Shown piece by piece: positions 50,067-60,909 of a DNA stretch of 64,000 nt (position 1 is its first letter; each line of letters opens with the position of its first letter). Below the pieces are notes generated by a model. It saw only the letters and a list, made by a program, of their open reading frames with translations. It ran no database searches and was not told the DNA's origin. The DNA comes from Prevotella sp. CAG:924 (GTDB lineage Bacteria; Bacteroidota; Bacteroidia; Bacteroidales; Bacteroidaceae): NCBI GenBank assembly GCA_000431975.1, contig HF988582.1, positions 1,946 to 65,945 of the forward strand, read 5' to 3'. Made by a program: the position numbers and the translations under genes.

Positions 50067-50540
50067 ATGACGAACGGAAAAAGCGGTCGGTTAGATACCA
50101 TCAGGATGATCATCTCCAGCAGGGAGGTGGGCAGTCAACAGGAGCTTCTCGACCTGATCAAGGAAGACGGATATACCATTACTCAGGCCACATTAAGCCG
50201 TGATTTGAAGCAGCTGAAGGTGGCAAAGGCCACGTCGATCCGTGGACGCAGCGTCTATGTGCTTCCCAGCGAGACGATGTATAAGCGGGTACAAAAGCCA
50301 TTGCCTGCCTCAGAGATGCTCAAGGTGAGCGGTTTCTTGTCCATCAAGTTCTCCGGCAATATGGGTGTGATTCGTACGTTGCCCGGCTATGCCAGCAGCA
50401 TTGCCTATAACATCGACAACAGTCATCTTCCGGAGATCCTGGGAACAATAGCCGGTGACGATACCATTTTCGTGGTGATCAAGGAAGGGACCGACCACAA
50501 TGCCGTGGTAGAAGGACTGAATAGTATTGTAGTAATTTAA
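50067..50540 (+). CDS. argR: arginine repressor
   Basis: 157 aa with an N-terminal winged HTH (QQELLDLIKEDGYTITQATLSRDL) and a C-terminal arginine-binding oligomerisation domain (GTIAGDDTIFVV). A TACTTTTG -7 box lies at 50026-50033. Confidence 0.85.
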   Translation: MTNGKSGRLDTIRMIISSREVGSQQELLDLIKEDGYTITQATLSRDLKQLKVAKATSIRGRSVYVLPSETMYKRVQKPLPASEMLKVSGFLSIKFSGNMGVIRTLPGYASSIAYNIDNSHLPEILGTIAGDDTIFVVIKEGTDHNAVVEGLNSIVVI

Positions 50541-50554
50541 TTTTAATAGAGATA

Positions 50555-51184
50555 ATGGATAATATTAAGGTGATGGTTGCCGATGAGTCACATATCAAGT
50601 ATGTCGACACCATCCTGCAGACGATTGCAGAGGCGGCTAAGGTTCGCGGAACGGGTATTGCCAAGCGTTCTCCGGAGTATGTCGCTACAAAGATGAGGGA
50701 GGCAAAGGCGGTCATCGCTTTGGACGGTGAGCGGTTTGCCGGATTCAGTTATATTGAGACCTGGGGCAATAAGCATTATGTGACCACCTCTGGTCTGATC
50801 GTACACCCCAATTATCGGGGACTCGGACTGGCTAAGCGCATCAAGGACATGACGTTCACGCTCGCCCGTCTGCGCTGGCCTCATGCCAAGATCTTCTCTC
50901 TCACTAGCGGTTCGGCTGTGATGAAGATGAACACCCAGCTCGGCTATCATCCGGTGACCTTCAACGATCTCACCTCCGATGAGGCTTTCTGGCGGGGTTG
51001 TGAGGGATGTATCAACAAGGACGTGCTGCATCGTACCAACCGTAAATATTGCATCTGCACGGCCATGCTCTTCGATCCCGACGAACATCTGCCGGCTAAG
51101 ATCCCCATGTCGGTGATGCAGCGCATCCGCAAGATTGACGGATGGACCGATGAGGACATCAAGCGTCTTATTGATAACGAATAA
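50555..51184 (+). CDS. GNAT-family N-acyltransferase of the arginine cluster (candidate glutamate N-acyltransferase)
   Basis: 209 aa with a GNAT fold (YRGLGLAKRI) plus a C-terminal Cys-rich tail. Its position between argR and argG is typical of Bacteroidetes arg operons. Confidence 0.6.
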   Translation: MDNIKVMVADESHIKYVDTILQTIAEAAKVRGTGIAKRSPEYVATKMREAKAVIALDGERFAGFSYIETWGNKHYVTTSGLIVHPNYRGLGLAKRIKDMTFTLARLRWPHAKIFSLTSGSAVMKMNTQLGYHPVTFNDLTSDEAFWRGCEGCINKDVLHRTNRKYCICTAMLFDPDEHLPAKIPMSVMQRIRKIDGWTDEDIKRLIDNE

Positions 51185-51313
51185 AAAATATATAATCATT
51201 TTTCTGGCACTGCTCGGAGTCCCGTGTCACCGGCCGTCTGTCTCGTAGACATTCGGCGTGGTCCCGCTTTGAGATGGTGAGGAGAGCCTGATATTTAAGA
51301 AAGGAAATAAACG

Positions 51314-52516
51314 ATGAGCAAGAAGAAAGTAGTAGTGGCCTTCAGTGGCGGACTTGATACCTCTTACACAGTGATGAAACTGACTCAGGACGGCTGGGAT
51401 GTCTATGCCGCCTGCGCCAATACGGGTGGCTTCAGTCCTGAGCAGCTGAAGACCAATGAGGAGAATGCCTATAAGCTGGGCGCCGTGAAATATGTCACCC
51501 TCGATGTGACGCATGAGTACTACGAGAAGTCGCTGAAGTATATGATCTTCGGTAACGTGTTGCGCAACAACTGTTACCCCATCTCCGTGTCGTCGGAGCG
51601 TATCTTCCAGGCTATCGCCATCGCACGCTATGCTAAGGAAATCGGTGCCGATGCCATTGCTCACGGCTCGACGGGTGCCGGCAACGACCAGATCCGTTTC
51701 GACATGACTTTCCTCGTCATGGCACCCGGCGTGGAGATTATCACGCTGACGCGTGACCATGCCCTCTCACGCAAGGAGGAGGTGGACTATCTCAACAGCC
51801 ACGGATTCTTTGCCGACTTCACAAAACTGAAATATTCTTATAATGTAGGCATTTGGGGTACGTCGATCTGTGGCGGCGAGCTGCTCGATCCGACCCAGGG
51901 CCTGCCCGAGGAGGCTTATCTGAAGCATGTCACGGCTAAGGAAGAGGAAGCCGAGCTGCGCATCGAGTTCAAGAAGGGCGAGATTGTTGCTGTCAATGGC
52001 GAGAAGTTTGACGATAAGGTAAAGGCTATCCAGAAGATCGAGGAGATCGGTGCCTCTTACGCCATCGGACGCGACTGCAATGTCGGCGACACGATCATCG
52101 GCATTAAAGGACGTGTGGGATTCGAGGCTGCCGCACCGAAGCTGATCATTGAGGCACACCGTCTGCTGGAGAAGTCAACGCTGTCGAAGTGGCAGCAGTA
52201 TTGGAAGGATCAGGTGGCCAACTGGTATGGCATGTTCCTCCACGAGAGTCAGTATCTTGAGCCGGTGATGCCCGATATCGAGGCAATGCTCACCTCTTCA
52301 CAGCGTCATGTCAACGGCACGGCCATCCTGAAGCTCCGTCCGTATTCATTCCAGACGGTGGGTGTCGACTCCCCCGACGATCTCACGAAATCGAAGCTGG
52401 GCGAGTATGGCGAGATGCAGCACGGTTGGACCGCTGAGGATGCCAAGGGCTTCATCAAGGTCAGCTCTACGCCGCTGCGTGTCTATTACGGCATGCATCC
52501 CGACGAGCAGCGCTAA
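51314..52516 (+). CDS. argG: argininosuccinate synthase
   Basis: 400 aa with the PP-loop AFSGGLDTS and the conserved AHGSTGAGNDQIRF motif. Confidence 0.9.
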   Translation: MSKKKVVVAFSGGLDTSYTVMKLTQDGWDVYAACANTGGFSPEQLKTNEENAYKLGAVKYVTLDVTHEYYEKSLKYMIFGNVLRNNCYPISVSSERIFQAIAIARYAKEIGADAIAHGSTGAGNDQIRFDMTFLVMAPGVEIITLTRDHALSRKEEVDYLNSHGFFADFTKLKYSYNVGIWGTSICGGELLDPTQGLPEEAYLKHVTAKEEEAELRIEFKKGEIVAVNGEKFDDKVKAIQKIEEIGASYAIGRDCNVGDTIIGIKGRVGFEAAAPKLIIEAHRLLEKSTLSKWQQYWKDQVANWYGMFLHESQYLEPVMPDIEAMLTSSQRHVNGTAILKLRPYSFQTVGVDSPDDLTKSKLGEYGEMQHGWTAEDAKGFIKVSSTPLRVYYGMHPDEQR

Positions 52517-52642
52517 GATACGAGGGCTTGTGCGGTACTGTCGTAACAGTGTCGCGCGGGCCATGGATAATTTTTTTTACGGGACGGCTGCAACTATTAT
52601 AGGAAAGAAATCGTCTTAAAAGTATATATTAAGAATTATATT

Positions 52643-52837
52643 ATGACGACTTATAAGAAACTTCTTCGTTCACGCGATCGTTGGATAGCTGGTGTTTGTG
52701 GTGGCCTGGCCAATTATTTTGGTTGGGATCCCGCCTTGGTGCGCATCGGCTATCTGTTGCTTTCCCTTTGTTCCGCCGCCTTCCCCGGTCTGCTGATCTA
52801 CATCATCCTGTGGATCTGCATGCCGCAGGAATCATGA
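52643..52837 (+). CDS. PspC-domain small membrane protein
   Basis: 64 aa with the PspC signature (LRSRDRWIAGVCGGLANYFGWDPALVRIGYLLL) and one transmembrane helix. It is embedded between argG and argC. Confidence 0.6.
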   Translation: MTTYKKLLRSRDRWIAGVCGGLANYFGWDPALVRIGYLLLSLCSAAFPGLLIYIILWICMPQES

Positions 52838-52853
52838 TAAACAAACGGAATCA

Positions 52854-53897
52854 ATGATAAAGATAGGTATACTTGGTGGAGCGGGCTATACGGCGGGTGA
52901 GCTCATCCGTGTGCTCCTCCATCATCCCGAGGCACAGATCGTCTTCGTCAACAGCGAGAGCAATGCCGGCAATCTCCTCACCGATGTCCACGAGGGACTC
53001 TATGGCGATACGGAGATGCGATTCACCGACCAGATGCCCTTCGAGGATGTTGATGTGCTCTTCTTCTGCTTCGGTCATGGCAAGAGTGAGGCTTTCCTCA
53101 GAGAACACGACTTGCCGGCAGGCGTGCGGATCATCGATCTGGCGCAGGACTTCCGCTGGGATCCTACGGACGCGCCCTCAGCCAATCATTCGGGGTTCGA
53201 TTTCGATGCGGCACCCATCATGAAGCCGGTGCCCGCCCGTCACGACTTTGTCTACGGTCTGCCGGAGATCCACCGTGCTCTCATCGCACGTGCCCATCAT
53301 GTAGCCAATCCTGGATGCTTCGCCACGTGCCTGCAGCTCGGACTGCTGCCCGCTGCCAAGATGGGACTCTTGAGACATGATGTGAGCGTCAACGCCATCA
53401 CGGGATCGACGGGAGCAGGGGTGAAACCCGGAGCGACGACCCATTTCTCCTGGCGCAACAACAATCTCAGCATCTACAAGGCTTTCCGCCATCAGCATAT
53501 TACGGAGGTGCGCCAGAGCCTGAAGGAGGAACAGGGATTCCTCGATGCCTCCATCGACTTCATTCCTTACCGTGGTGACTTCGCACGTGGCATCTTCGCT
53601 ACGGAGGTAGTAAGGCTCGATCCCGGTTTCGATGCCGATGGGATCATTAATGGCTTCAGGGAGTTCTATGCCCGCGAGCCGTTCACGCACTACGTGGAGA
53701 AGTCACTCGATCTGAAGCAGGTAGTCAATACCAACAAGGCGCTTGTCCATGCCGACATCATCGACGACAAGCTGCTGATCACATCCTGCATTGACAATCT
53801 GCTTAAGGGAGCAGTAGGACAGGCTGTAGAGAATATGAACATTATGTTCGGCATCGACGAGACGGCCGGACTCGGACTGAAGGCTTCGGCTTTCTAA
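52854..53897 (+). CDS. argC: N-acyl-gamma-glutamyl-phosphate reductase
   Basis: 347 aa with an N-terminal Rossmann fold (IGILGGAGYTAGEL) and the catalytic Cys region NPGCFAT. Confidence 0.9.
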   Translation: MIKIGILGGAGYTAGELIRVLLHHPEAQIVFVNSESNAGNLLTDVHEGLYGDTEMRFTDQMPFEDVDVLFFCFGHGKSEAFLREHDLPAGVRIIDLAQDFRWDPTDAPSANHSGFDFDAAPIMKPVPARHDFVYGLPEIHRALIARAHHVANPGCFATCLQLGLLPAAKMGLLRHDVSVNAITGSTGAGVKPGATTHFSWRNNNLSIYKAFRHQHITEVRQSLKEEQGFLDASIDFIPYRGDFARGIFATEVVRLDPGFDADGIINGFREFYAREPFTHYVEKSLDLKQVVNTNKALVHADIIDDKLLITSCIDNLLKGAVGQAVENMNIMFGIDETAGLGLKASAF

Positions 53898-53908
53898 AAC
53901 AGACAATT

Positions 53909-55051
53909 ATGAATTTATTCGACGTATATCCATTATATGATGTCAACATCGTGCGGGGCAAGGGCTGCCACGTATGGGACGATAACAATCAGGAGTATCT
54001 CGACTTCTATGGCGGCCATGCCGTGATCAGTGTCGGTCATTGCCATCCCCACTATGTGGAGATGCTGACTGCCCAACTCAACCGGCTGAGCTTCTATTCC
54101 AACTCTGTGATCAACCGTCTGCAGCAGCAACTGGCCGGCCGGCTGGGGGTGGCCTGTGGCTATGACGACTATCAGCTCTTCCTGATCAATAGCGGTGCTG
54201 AGGCCAACGAGAACGCGCTGAAGCTCGCATCGTTCACCAACGGACGCAAGCGGGTTCTCTCCGTACAGAAGGCTTTCCATGGCCGCACGTCGCTGGCTGT
54301 CGAGGTGACCGACAATCCTAAGATCATCGCACCCATCAACGACAATGGTCATGTCACCTATCTGCCGATCAACGATCTCGAGGCATGGGAGCGCGAGCTG
54401 GCCAAGGGCGATGTCTGCGCTTGCATCCTCGAGTGTATCCAGGGCGTCGGTGGCTGCAATATGGTGGAAGCCGACTTCGCACAGGGACTGCAGAAGGCCT
54501 GCAAGAAGTATGGCACCTTCCTCATCTGCGATGAGATACAGTGTGGCTATGGCCGTACGGGCAAGTTCTTCGCCCATCAGTGGCTGGGCATACGTCCCGA
54601 CCTCATCACCGTGGCCAAGGGCATCGGCAACGGCTTCCCCATGGGCGGTGTACTGATCTCACCCGAGTTCAAGCCGGTGTACGGACAGCTCGGCACCACC
54701 TTCGGAGGCAATCATCTGGCCTGCACGGCAGCGCTCGCCGTCCTCGACATCTTCGAGAAGGAGCATGTCGTGGAGCATGTCGATGAGGTGGGCACTTATT
54801 TCCTCAGTCGTCTTCACGAGTTGGAGAAGACCGAGCCGCATATCGTTGAGGTGCGCGGACGTGGCCTGATGATCGGTGTAGTGCTCGACATTCCTCACAA
54901 GGAGGTGCGCTCACGGCTGATCCATGAGGAGCATTGCTTCACGGGCTGTGCCTCGACAAACATTCTCCGCATCCTGCCGCCGCTGATCATCACGAAGGCC
55001 GATGTCGACGACTTCCTGGAGCGTCTGCTCCGTGTCCTGCACACGATGTAA
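53909..55051 (+). CDS. argD: acyl-ornithine aminotransferase (class III PLP aminotransferase)
   Basis: 380 aa showing the class-III aminotransferase pattern, including the probable PLP-lysine region ITVAKGIGNG. Confidence 0.85.
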   Translation: MNLFDVYPLYDVNIVRGKGCHVWDDNNQEYLDFYGGHAVISVGHCHPHYVEMLTAQLNRLSFYSNSVINRLQQQLAGRLGVACGYDDYQLFLINSGAEANENALKLASFTNGRKRVLSVQKAFHGRTSLAVEVTDNPKIIAPINDNGHVTYLPINDLEAWERELAKGDVCACILECIQGVGGCNMVEADFAQGLQKACKKYGTFLICDEIQCGYGRTGKFFAHQWLGIRPDLITVAKGIGNGFPMGGVLISPEFKPVYGQLGTTFGGNHLACTAALAVLDIFEKEHVVEHVDEVGTYFLSRLHELEKTEPHIVEVRGRGLMIGVVLDIPHKEVRSRLIHEEHCFTGCASTNILRILPPLIITKADVDDFLERLLRVLHTM

Positions 55052-55177
55052 AGACGTGTGATGGATCAGGGTTACCCTAATCGGTCATTGGAAAGTCTGA
55101 AGGATTTAAATAATAGCAAAGTCTGTAGGCCAACGGCGATGGGGGCTGCCTCTCTAATCAGTTTATAGATATTTTTT

Positions 55178-55969
55178 ATGAAGATAGCAATCATTGGTGC
55201 CGGTGAGATGGGTGGCGCGTTTGCGCAGGGCCTGCTCAACGGCACGCTTTTTAATGCCGCCGATATTACGGTGGCCAATCCCCATGAGGGGAAGTTGGAG
55301 AAGTTCGCACGACAGGGTGCCAGTGTGACGACCGACAACCGTGTGGCCGTGCAGGGTGCCGACTTCGTGGCCATTGTCGTGAAACCCGATGTCGTGCCGG
55401 CAGTGCTCGAGGAGATCAAGGACGTCCTCGACTTCTCTTCTCAGATTGTCCTCAATATGGCGGCCTCGGTGTCGCTCCGTCAGTTGAAGGCGTGGCTCGC
55501 CACCGCTGATGGTTTCCCTTGTGTTATGCAGGTGTTGCCCAATGTGGGCATCGCCGTGCGCCAGTCGATGACGTTCATCGCACCCGATGAGTCGGACCAA
55601 GCTACCGTCGATCGGGTGAGGGCGATCTTCGACGATCTCGGACAGACTATCGTCACTACGGAGCAGATGCTCCCGGCGGGGACGGCCATGGCAGGCTGTG
55701 CCATCGCTTATGTGATGCGCTATGTCCGTGCGGCCTCCGAGGCCGGTGTGGAGCTGGGCTTCAAGGCTGGGCAGGCACGCGACATCACGTTGCAGACCAT
55801 CCAGGGTGCCGTGTCGTTGTTGAGAGAGACGGGCATGCATCCTGAGGCAGGCGTCGATACCGTGACGACGCCCGGTGGACTGACGATCAAGGGTCTGAAC
55901 ACCCTCGAGCGGTATGGTTTTTCCAATGCCGTCATCCAGGGCATTAAGGCAGGAATGAAGGAATTGTAG
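55178..55969 (+). CDS. proC: pyrroline-5-carboxylate reductase
   Basis: 263 aa with an N-terminal NADP Rossmann motif IAIIGAGEMGGA and a P5CR dimerisation domain. Confidence 0.85.
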   Translation: MKIAIIGAGEMGGAFAQGLLNGTLFNAADITVANPHEGKLEKFARQGASVTTDNRVAVQGADFVAIVVKPDVVPAVLEEIKDVLDFSSQIVLNMAASVSLRQLKAWLATADGFPCVMQVLPNVGIAVRQSMTFIAPDESDQATVDRVRAIFDDLGQTIVTTEQMLPAGTAMAGCAIAYVMRYVRAASEAGVELGFKAGQARDITLQTIQGAVSLLRETGMHPEAGVDTVTTPGGLTIKGLNTLERYGFSNAVIQGIKAGMKEL

Positions 55970-56188
55970 TGTCACGACGGGGGCGGCGGATGTCGCCCCC
56001 GTCGCGTATGTATCGGTGGCCTTGTCCGGTGTGTCTTCTTTCTGCATGCAGATGTTCCTGATTGCACATTGTTAGCGACGGTGTGTAAGATAAGGATGGT
56101 AAATCGGAAGATAATGAAATAATTCGGGCATTTCTACTGAAAATCCGATATTTCTTTGTATTTTTGAGACCGGAAAAAACGAATCAAT

Positions 56189-56746
56189 ATGGAAGAATCA
56201 GCTATACATCAGATCGGTGAGCGTCTAAAAGGCTTACGCGAGGTCCTCGACTTGAGTGTCGGTGAGTTGGCGGAGACCATGGGCTGCACGCCTGAGGAAT
56301 ACTTGAAAATCGAAAGTGGCGAGAGCGAGTTGCATATCAGCAATCTGCAGAAGATCGCCAGGAAGTATCAACTGAGCCTCGACGAGCTTCTCTTCGGAGA
56401 GGAGCCGCACATGAGCACCTATTTTGTGACCCGAAAGGGAAAGGGTGCCAGCGTCAACCGTGTGAAGGCCTACCATTATGAGAGCCTTGCCAGCGGATTC
56501 CGGGGACGTATTGCCGACCCGTTCATCGTCACCGTCAGCCCTAAGCCCGACGGAACGCCGCTTAATCGCAGCTCGCATCCCAATCAGGAGTTCGACATGG
56601 TGCTTGAGGGTACCCTTGAGATGACGGTGGGCACGAAGGTCATCGTTCTCGAGGAGGGCGACAGCATCTATTTCGACTCTACACAGCCTCATTGCATGCG
56701 TGCCCTGAACGGCAAGCCGGTTCGCTTCTTTGCAATAGTATTCTGA
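56189..56746 (+). CDS. XRE-family HTH transcriptional regulator with C-terminal cupin domain
   Basis: 185 aa with an N-terminal HTH_3 (LKGLREVLDLSVGELAETMGCT) and a C-terminal cupin (EFDMVLEGTLEMTVG...GDSIYFDSTQPH). Confidence 0.8.
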   Translation: MEESAIHQIGERLKGLREVLDLSVGELAETMGCTPEEYLKIESGESELHISNLQKIARKYQLSLDELLFGEEPHMSTYFVTRKGKGASVNRVKAYHYESLASGFRGRIADPFIVTVSPKPDGTPLNRSSHPNQEFDMVLEGTLEMTVGTKVIVLEEGDSIYFDSTQPHCMRALNGKPVRFFAIVF

Positions 56747-56768
56747 TCAACCAGTCAAGAGAGAGACT

Positions 56769-58445
56769 ATGATAGAAAGATTTCTGAAGCAGACTCATTT
56801 CACCTCTGAGGAGGATTTCAAGGAACATCTGCAGTTTATCATACCCGAGAATTTCAATTTTGCCTACGATGTCATGGATGCCTGGGCAGAGGAGAGGCCC
56901 GACAAGCTGGCCCTGCTGTGGACCAGTGAGCGGGGTGAGGAGGTGCGTGCCACCTTCGGTGACCTGAAGCGGGAGACCGATCAGGTGGCGGCCTATTACA
57001 TGCAGCTCGGCATCGGCCGGGGCGATAAGGTGATGCTGATCCTGAAGCGCCATTACCAGTGGTGGCTCTCTATGCTCGCCCTGTGCAAGATAGGGGCCGT
57101 GGCCATACCCGCCACCCACATGCTCACGGCGAAGGATATCGAGTATCGCAACGAGCGGGCATCGGTCAAGGCCATCATCTGCTGCAACGACCGGTATGTC
57201 ACCGATCAGATCCGTGCCGCCCTGCCAGCCAGTCCGACGGTGGAGGTTCTTGTGGCGGTCAACTCGATGTGCGAGTCCGACAAGCCGGTTCCCGACGGCT
57301 TTCACGACTTTCACAAGGAGTGGCGGGAAGCGCCGCCGTTTGTACGGCCTGAAAGAGTCAACGCCAATGATGATACGATGCTGATGTATTTCACCAGCGG
57401 CACGAGTGGTGAGCCGAAGATGGTGGCTCACGATTTCCTCTATGCCCTTGGCCATCTGACGACGGGAGTCTATTGGCATCATCTCGATGAGCACAGCATC
57501 CATCTCACCGTAGCCGACACCGGATGGGGAAAGGCTGTGTGGGGCAAGCTCTATGGACAATGGTTCGCCGGGGCGACGGTCTTTGTCTTCGACCATGAGA
57601 AGTTCACGGCCGAGAAGATCATGCGGGCGATGGAGAAGTATCATGTCACGTCGTTCTGCGCGCCGCCGACGATCTATCGGTTCATGATCCAGGAGGACTT
57701 CTCTAAGTACGATCTCTCTTCCCTGGAGTATTGTACTACGGCCGGTGAGGCTCTTGAGCCTGCCGTCTATAAGAGATTCTATGAACTGACTGGCTTGAAG
57801 ATGTATGAGGGCTTTGGACAGACAGAGACGACGATGACGTTGGGTACGTTCCCTTGGACGGAGCCTCGTCCTGGATCGATGGGTAAGCCTAACCCTCAGT
57901 ACGATATCCGGCTGCTCCGTCACGACGGTAGTGAGTGTGAGGACGGCGAGCGTGGCGAGGTGTGTGTCTTCGTGGGAACTGACAAGCCGCTCGGACTGTT
58001 CAAGGGCTATTATCGTGACGAGGAACTTACGCGTCAGGCATGGCATGATGGGGTGTATCACACCGGCGATCTGGCATGGCGCGACCAGGACGGATACTAT
58101 TGGTTCGTAGGTCGTGCTGATGATGTGATCAAGTCGTCGGGCTATCGCATCGGACCGTTCGAGGTGGAGAGTGCGCTGATGACCCATCCTGCTGTTGTGG
58201 AGTGTGCGGTCACGGGCGTGCCCGATGCCGTCCGTGGCATGGTGGTGAAGGCTACGGTAGTGCTCGCGAAGGAGTGGAAGGCGAAGGCGGGCGACGAGCT
58301 CGTCAGGACGCTGCAGGATCACGTGAAGCACGAGACGGCCCCCTATAAGTATCCGCGTATCATCGAGTTTGTCGATGAGCTGCCTAAGACCATCTCCGGC
58401 AAGATCAGGAGGGTGGAGATCAGGCAGAAGGACGCGGAAAGATAA
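56769..58445 (+). CDS. AMP-forming acyl-CoA synthetase/ligase
   Basis: 558 aa with the AMP-binding motif YFTSGTSGEPKMV, TGD and a C-terminal PKTISGKIRR. Confidence 0.8.
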   Translation: MIERFLKQTHFTSEEDFKEHLQFIIPENFNFAYDVMDAWAEERPDKLALLWTSERGEEVRATFGDLKRETDQVAAYYMQLGIGRGDKVMLILKRHYQWWLSMLALCKIGAVAIPATHMLTAKDIEYRNERASVKAIICCNDRYVTDQIRAALPASPTVEVLVAVNSMCESDKPVPDGFHDFHKEWREAPPFVRPERVNANDDTMLMYFTSGTSGEPKMVAHDFLYALGHLTTGVYWHHLDEHSIHLTVADTGWGKAVWGKLYGQWFAGATVFVFDHEKFTAEKIMRAMEKYHVTSFCAPPTIYRFMIQEDFSKYDLSSLEYCTTAGEALEPAVYKRFYELTGLKMYEGFGQTETTMTLGTFPWTEPRPGSMGKPNPQYDIRLLRHDGSECEDGERGEVCVFVGTDKPLGLFKGYYRDEELTRQAWHDGVYHTGDLAWRDQDGYYWFVGRADDVIKSSGYRIGPFEVESALMTHPAVVECAVTGVPDAVRGMVVKATVVLAKEWKAKAGDELVRTLQDHVKHETAPYKYPRIIEFVDELPKTISGKIRRVEIRQKDAER

Positions 58446-58460
58446 ATCGACGAAAAGATC

Positions 58461-59534
58461 ATGAGCAAGAGAGTAGTAGTAAAGATAGGTTCTAACGTAT
58501 TGACGCGGACCGACGGCAAGACCGATGTCACGCGCATCTCCTCCCTAGTTGATCAGGTGGTGTGGATGCGCCGTCATGGTTATCAGGTTATTCTGGTCTC
58601 TTCAGGAGCGGTTTCTTGTGGTCGTGACGAGTATCACGCTGACAGGAAGCTCGACCACGTGCGGCAGCGCCAGCTGTTCTCAGCCATCGGGCAGGTGAAG
58701 CTCGTGGGACTTTATTATGATCTCTTCCGCGAGTATGGCGTCACTATCGGACAGGTACTGACGATGAAGGAGAGCTTCTCCACGCGCGTAGAGTATCTCA
58801 CTCAGCGGCAGTGTATGGAGGTGATGCTCGACAATGGTGTCTTGCCCATCGTCAATGAGAACGATACGGTGAGCGTCACGGAGCTGATGTTCACCGATAA
58901 CGACGAACTATCCGGACTTGTAGCCTCAATGATGGGTGCTGATACGTTGGTTATCCTCACCAATGTGGACGGCATCTACGATGGCAAGCCCTCCGATCCT
59001 CATGCCCGCGTCATCCCGATGGTCGACTACGATCGCGATCTGAGTGAGTATATCCTCAACACAAGGAGCGATTTCGGACGTGGAGGCATGCTGACCAAGA
59101 CGCACATCGCGTCGAAGGTGGCTGAGGAGGGCATACGGGTGGTCATTGCCAACGGGCGTACCGACGACATCCTTATCCGCCTGTTCGAGCATCCGCAGGA
59201 CACGGTCCACACCGAGTTCAGGCCCAATCCCAACCCCGCCTCTACGATGAAAAAATGGATCGCCCACAGCGAGAGTTTTGCTAAGGGTGTCGTACGCATC
59301 AATACCGAGGCGGTCAAGGCTCTGACGGGCGACAAGGCGGTGAGCCTTCTGCTTGTCGGTGTCACGGCGGTCGAGGGCGACTTCGACGAGGGCGACATCA
59401 TCAATATCCAGTCGCCCGATGGCAGGACGATAGCTGTCGGACGATCGGCCTATACTGCGTGCGAGGCGAGGGTAAGGATGGGCATGCACGACCAAAAGCC
59501 TCTCGTTCATTACGACTATCTCTATTTGGAATAG
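58461..59534 (+). CDS. proB: glutamate 5-kinase
   Basis: 357 aa with an amino-acid-kinase N-domain (VVKIGSNVLT) and a C-terminal PUA domain. ArgB lacks the PUA domain. Confidence 0.85.
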   Translation: MSKRVVVKIGSNVLTRTDGKTDVTRISSLVDQVVWMRRHGYQVILVSSGAVSCGRDEYHADRKLDHVRQRQLFSAIGQVKLVGLYYDLFREYGVTIGQVLTMKESFSTRVEYLTQRQCMEVMLDNGVLPIVNENDTVSVTELMFTDNDELSGLVASMMGADTLVILTNVDGIYDGKPSDPHARVIPMVDYDRDLSEYILNTRSDFGRGGMLTKTHIASKVAEEGIRVVIANGRTDDILIRLFEHPQDTVHTEFRPNPNPASTMKKWIAHSESFAKGVVRINTEAVKALTGDKAVSLLLVGVTAVEGDFDEGDIINIQSPDGRTIAVGRSAYTACEARVRMGMHDQKPLVHYDYLYLE

Positions 59535-59624
59535 ACAGCATATATAATTAAGGTGTCGGCAGGGACTGCTTGGGATGTCCTCCGCGGTGTCTCTCCACCT
59601 GTCTTCTTTTCAACGCTATTGATT

Positions 59625-60890
59625 ATGACAGCAGTAACAGATACGCTACAACGTGTGAAGCTGGCTTCGCGCCGGCTGTCACAGATCGACGATACACGGC
59701 GCAGCAAGGTGCTCCTGGCGGTGGCCGATGCCATCGAGGCACGGCAGGACAGTCTCCTTCGTGCCAACGCTCGGGACCTGAGCCGGATGGATCCGGCGAG
59801 CCCGCTCTACGACCGACTGCTCCTGACGCCGGAACGGCTGAGGGGGATTGCCGGCGACATGCGCCATGTGGCGGCGCTTCCGTCACCTCTGGGACGCACG
59901 CTGTGCGACAGGACGCTCGACAATGGTTTGCGGCTGCGTCGACTCTCGGTGCCCTTCGGGGTTATCGGCGTCATCTACGAGGCCCGTCCGAATGTCACCT
60001 ACGATGTGTTTGCCCTCTGTATGAAGAGCGGCAATGCTTGTGTCCTCAAGGGCGGTCACGATGCCGACGAGAGCAACCGGGCTGCCGTGGCCCTCATCCA
60101 TGAGGTGCTGGCACAGCAGGATTTCGATCCCGATGTCGTCGCCCTGCTGCCCGCCACGCACGAAGCGACGGGTGAGATGCTGGGGGCCGTCGGGCTGATC
60201 GATGTGTGCATCCCCCGTGGTGGTCGTCGTCTGATTGACTTCGTGCGCGACACGGCGAAGGTGCCGGTGATCGAGACGGGAGCAGGTGTGGTCGACACCT
60301 ATCTGCATGCCGATGCCGACCCGGCGATGGCCTCACGGATCGTGATGAATGCTAAGACGCGCCGTGTGTCGGTGTGCAACGCGCTCGACTGCCTCCTCGT
60401 TCATGCCTCCCTGCTCGATAGGCTTCCTGCCATCCTTGCTCCGCTGGCGACGAGACAGGTCATCCTCTATGCCGACGAGCAGGCCTATAGGGCTCTTGAT
60501 GGCCGCTATCAGCCGGCCGATGGCAGCAGCACGCTGCTCTATCCTGCAGGACCCGACAGCTGGGGCACGGAATATATGGACTATAAGATGGCCGTACGCA
60601 CAGTCGACGATCTCGATGAGGCGCTCGAGCATATCGCCCGCTATGGCAGCGGGCACTCCGAGGCCATCGTCACCGCCTCCGAGACGGTGGCACGTAGGTT
60701 CCAGGCTGCCGTCGATGCGGCTTGTGTCTATTGGAACGCACCGACCTCCTTCACCGACGGCGCACAGTTCGGACTGGGAGCTGAGATAGGCATCAGCACC
60801 CAGAAGCTCGGACCGCGCGGTCCTATGGGACTCGAGGAGATGACCACCTACAAGTGGGTCATCGATGGTGACGGACAGATAAGATCATAA
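59625..60890 (+). CDS. proA: gamma-glutamyl phosphate reductase
   Basis: About 421 aa from MTAVTDTLQRVKLASRR with the aldehyde-dehydrogenase-family catalytic Cys region (VCNALDCLLV). The ORF-track start at 59553 is probably too far upstream. Confidence 0.85.
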   Translation: MTAVTDTLQRVKLASRRLSQIDDTRRSKVLLAVADAIEARQDSLLRANARDLSRMDPASPLYDRLLLTPERLRGIAGDMRHVAALPSPLGRTLCDRTLDNGLRLRRLSVPFGVIGVIYEARPNVTYDVFALCMKSGNACVLKGGHDADESNRAAVALIHEVLAQQDFDPDVVALLPATHEATGEMLGAVGLIDVCIPRGGRRLIDFVRDTAKVPVIETGAGVVDTYLHADADPAMASRIVMNAKTRRVSVCNALDCLLVHASLLDRLPAILAPLATRQVILYADEQAYRALDGRYQPADGSSTLLYPAGPDSWGTEYMDYKMAVRTVDDLDEALEHIARYGSGHSEAIVTASETVARRFQAAVDAACVYWNAPTSFTDGAQFGLGAEIGISTQKLGPRGPMGLEEMTTYKWVIDGDGQIRS

Positions 60891-60909
60891 TTAACAACTA
60901 ACACATAAT

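Noticed and set aside
56679-58331. 550-aa minus-strand ORF, plus similar long antisense ORFs (55163..56047, 60898..61737, 48476..49390, 33927..34946, 62628..63299, 8230..8958)
   Set aside because: All lie antisense to well-supported genes (acyl-CoA synthetase, proC, argF', DUF5103, the C26-M19 gene, MBL, maoC). They have Arg/His-rich, low-complexity translations typical of shadow frames in GC-rich coding DNA.
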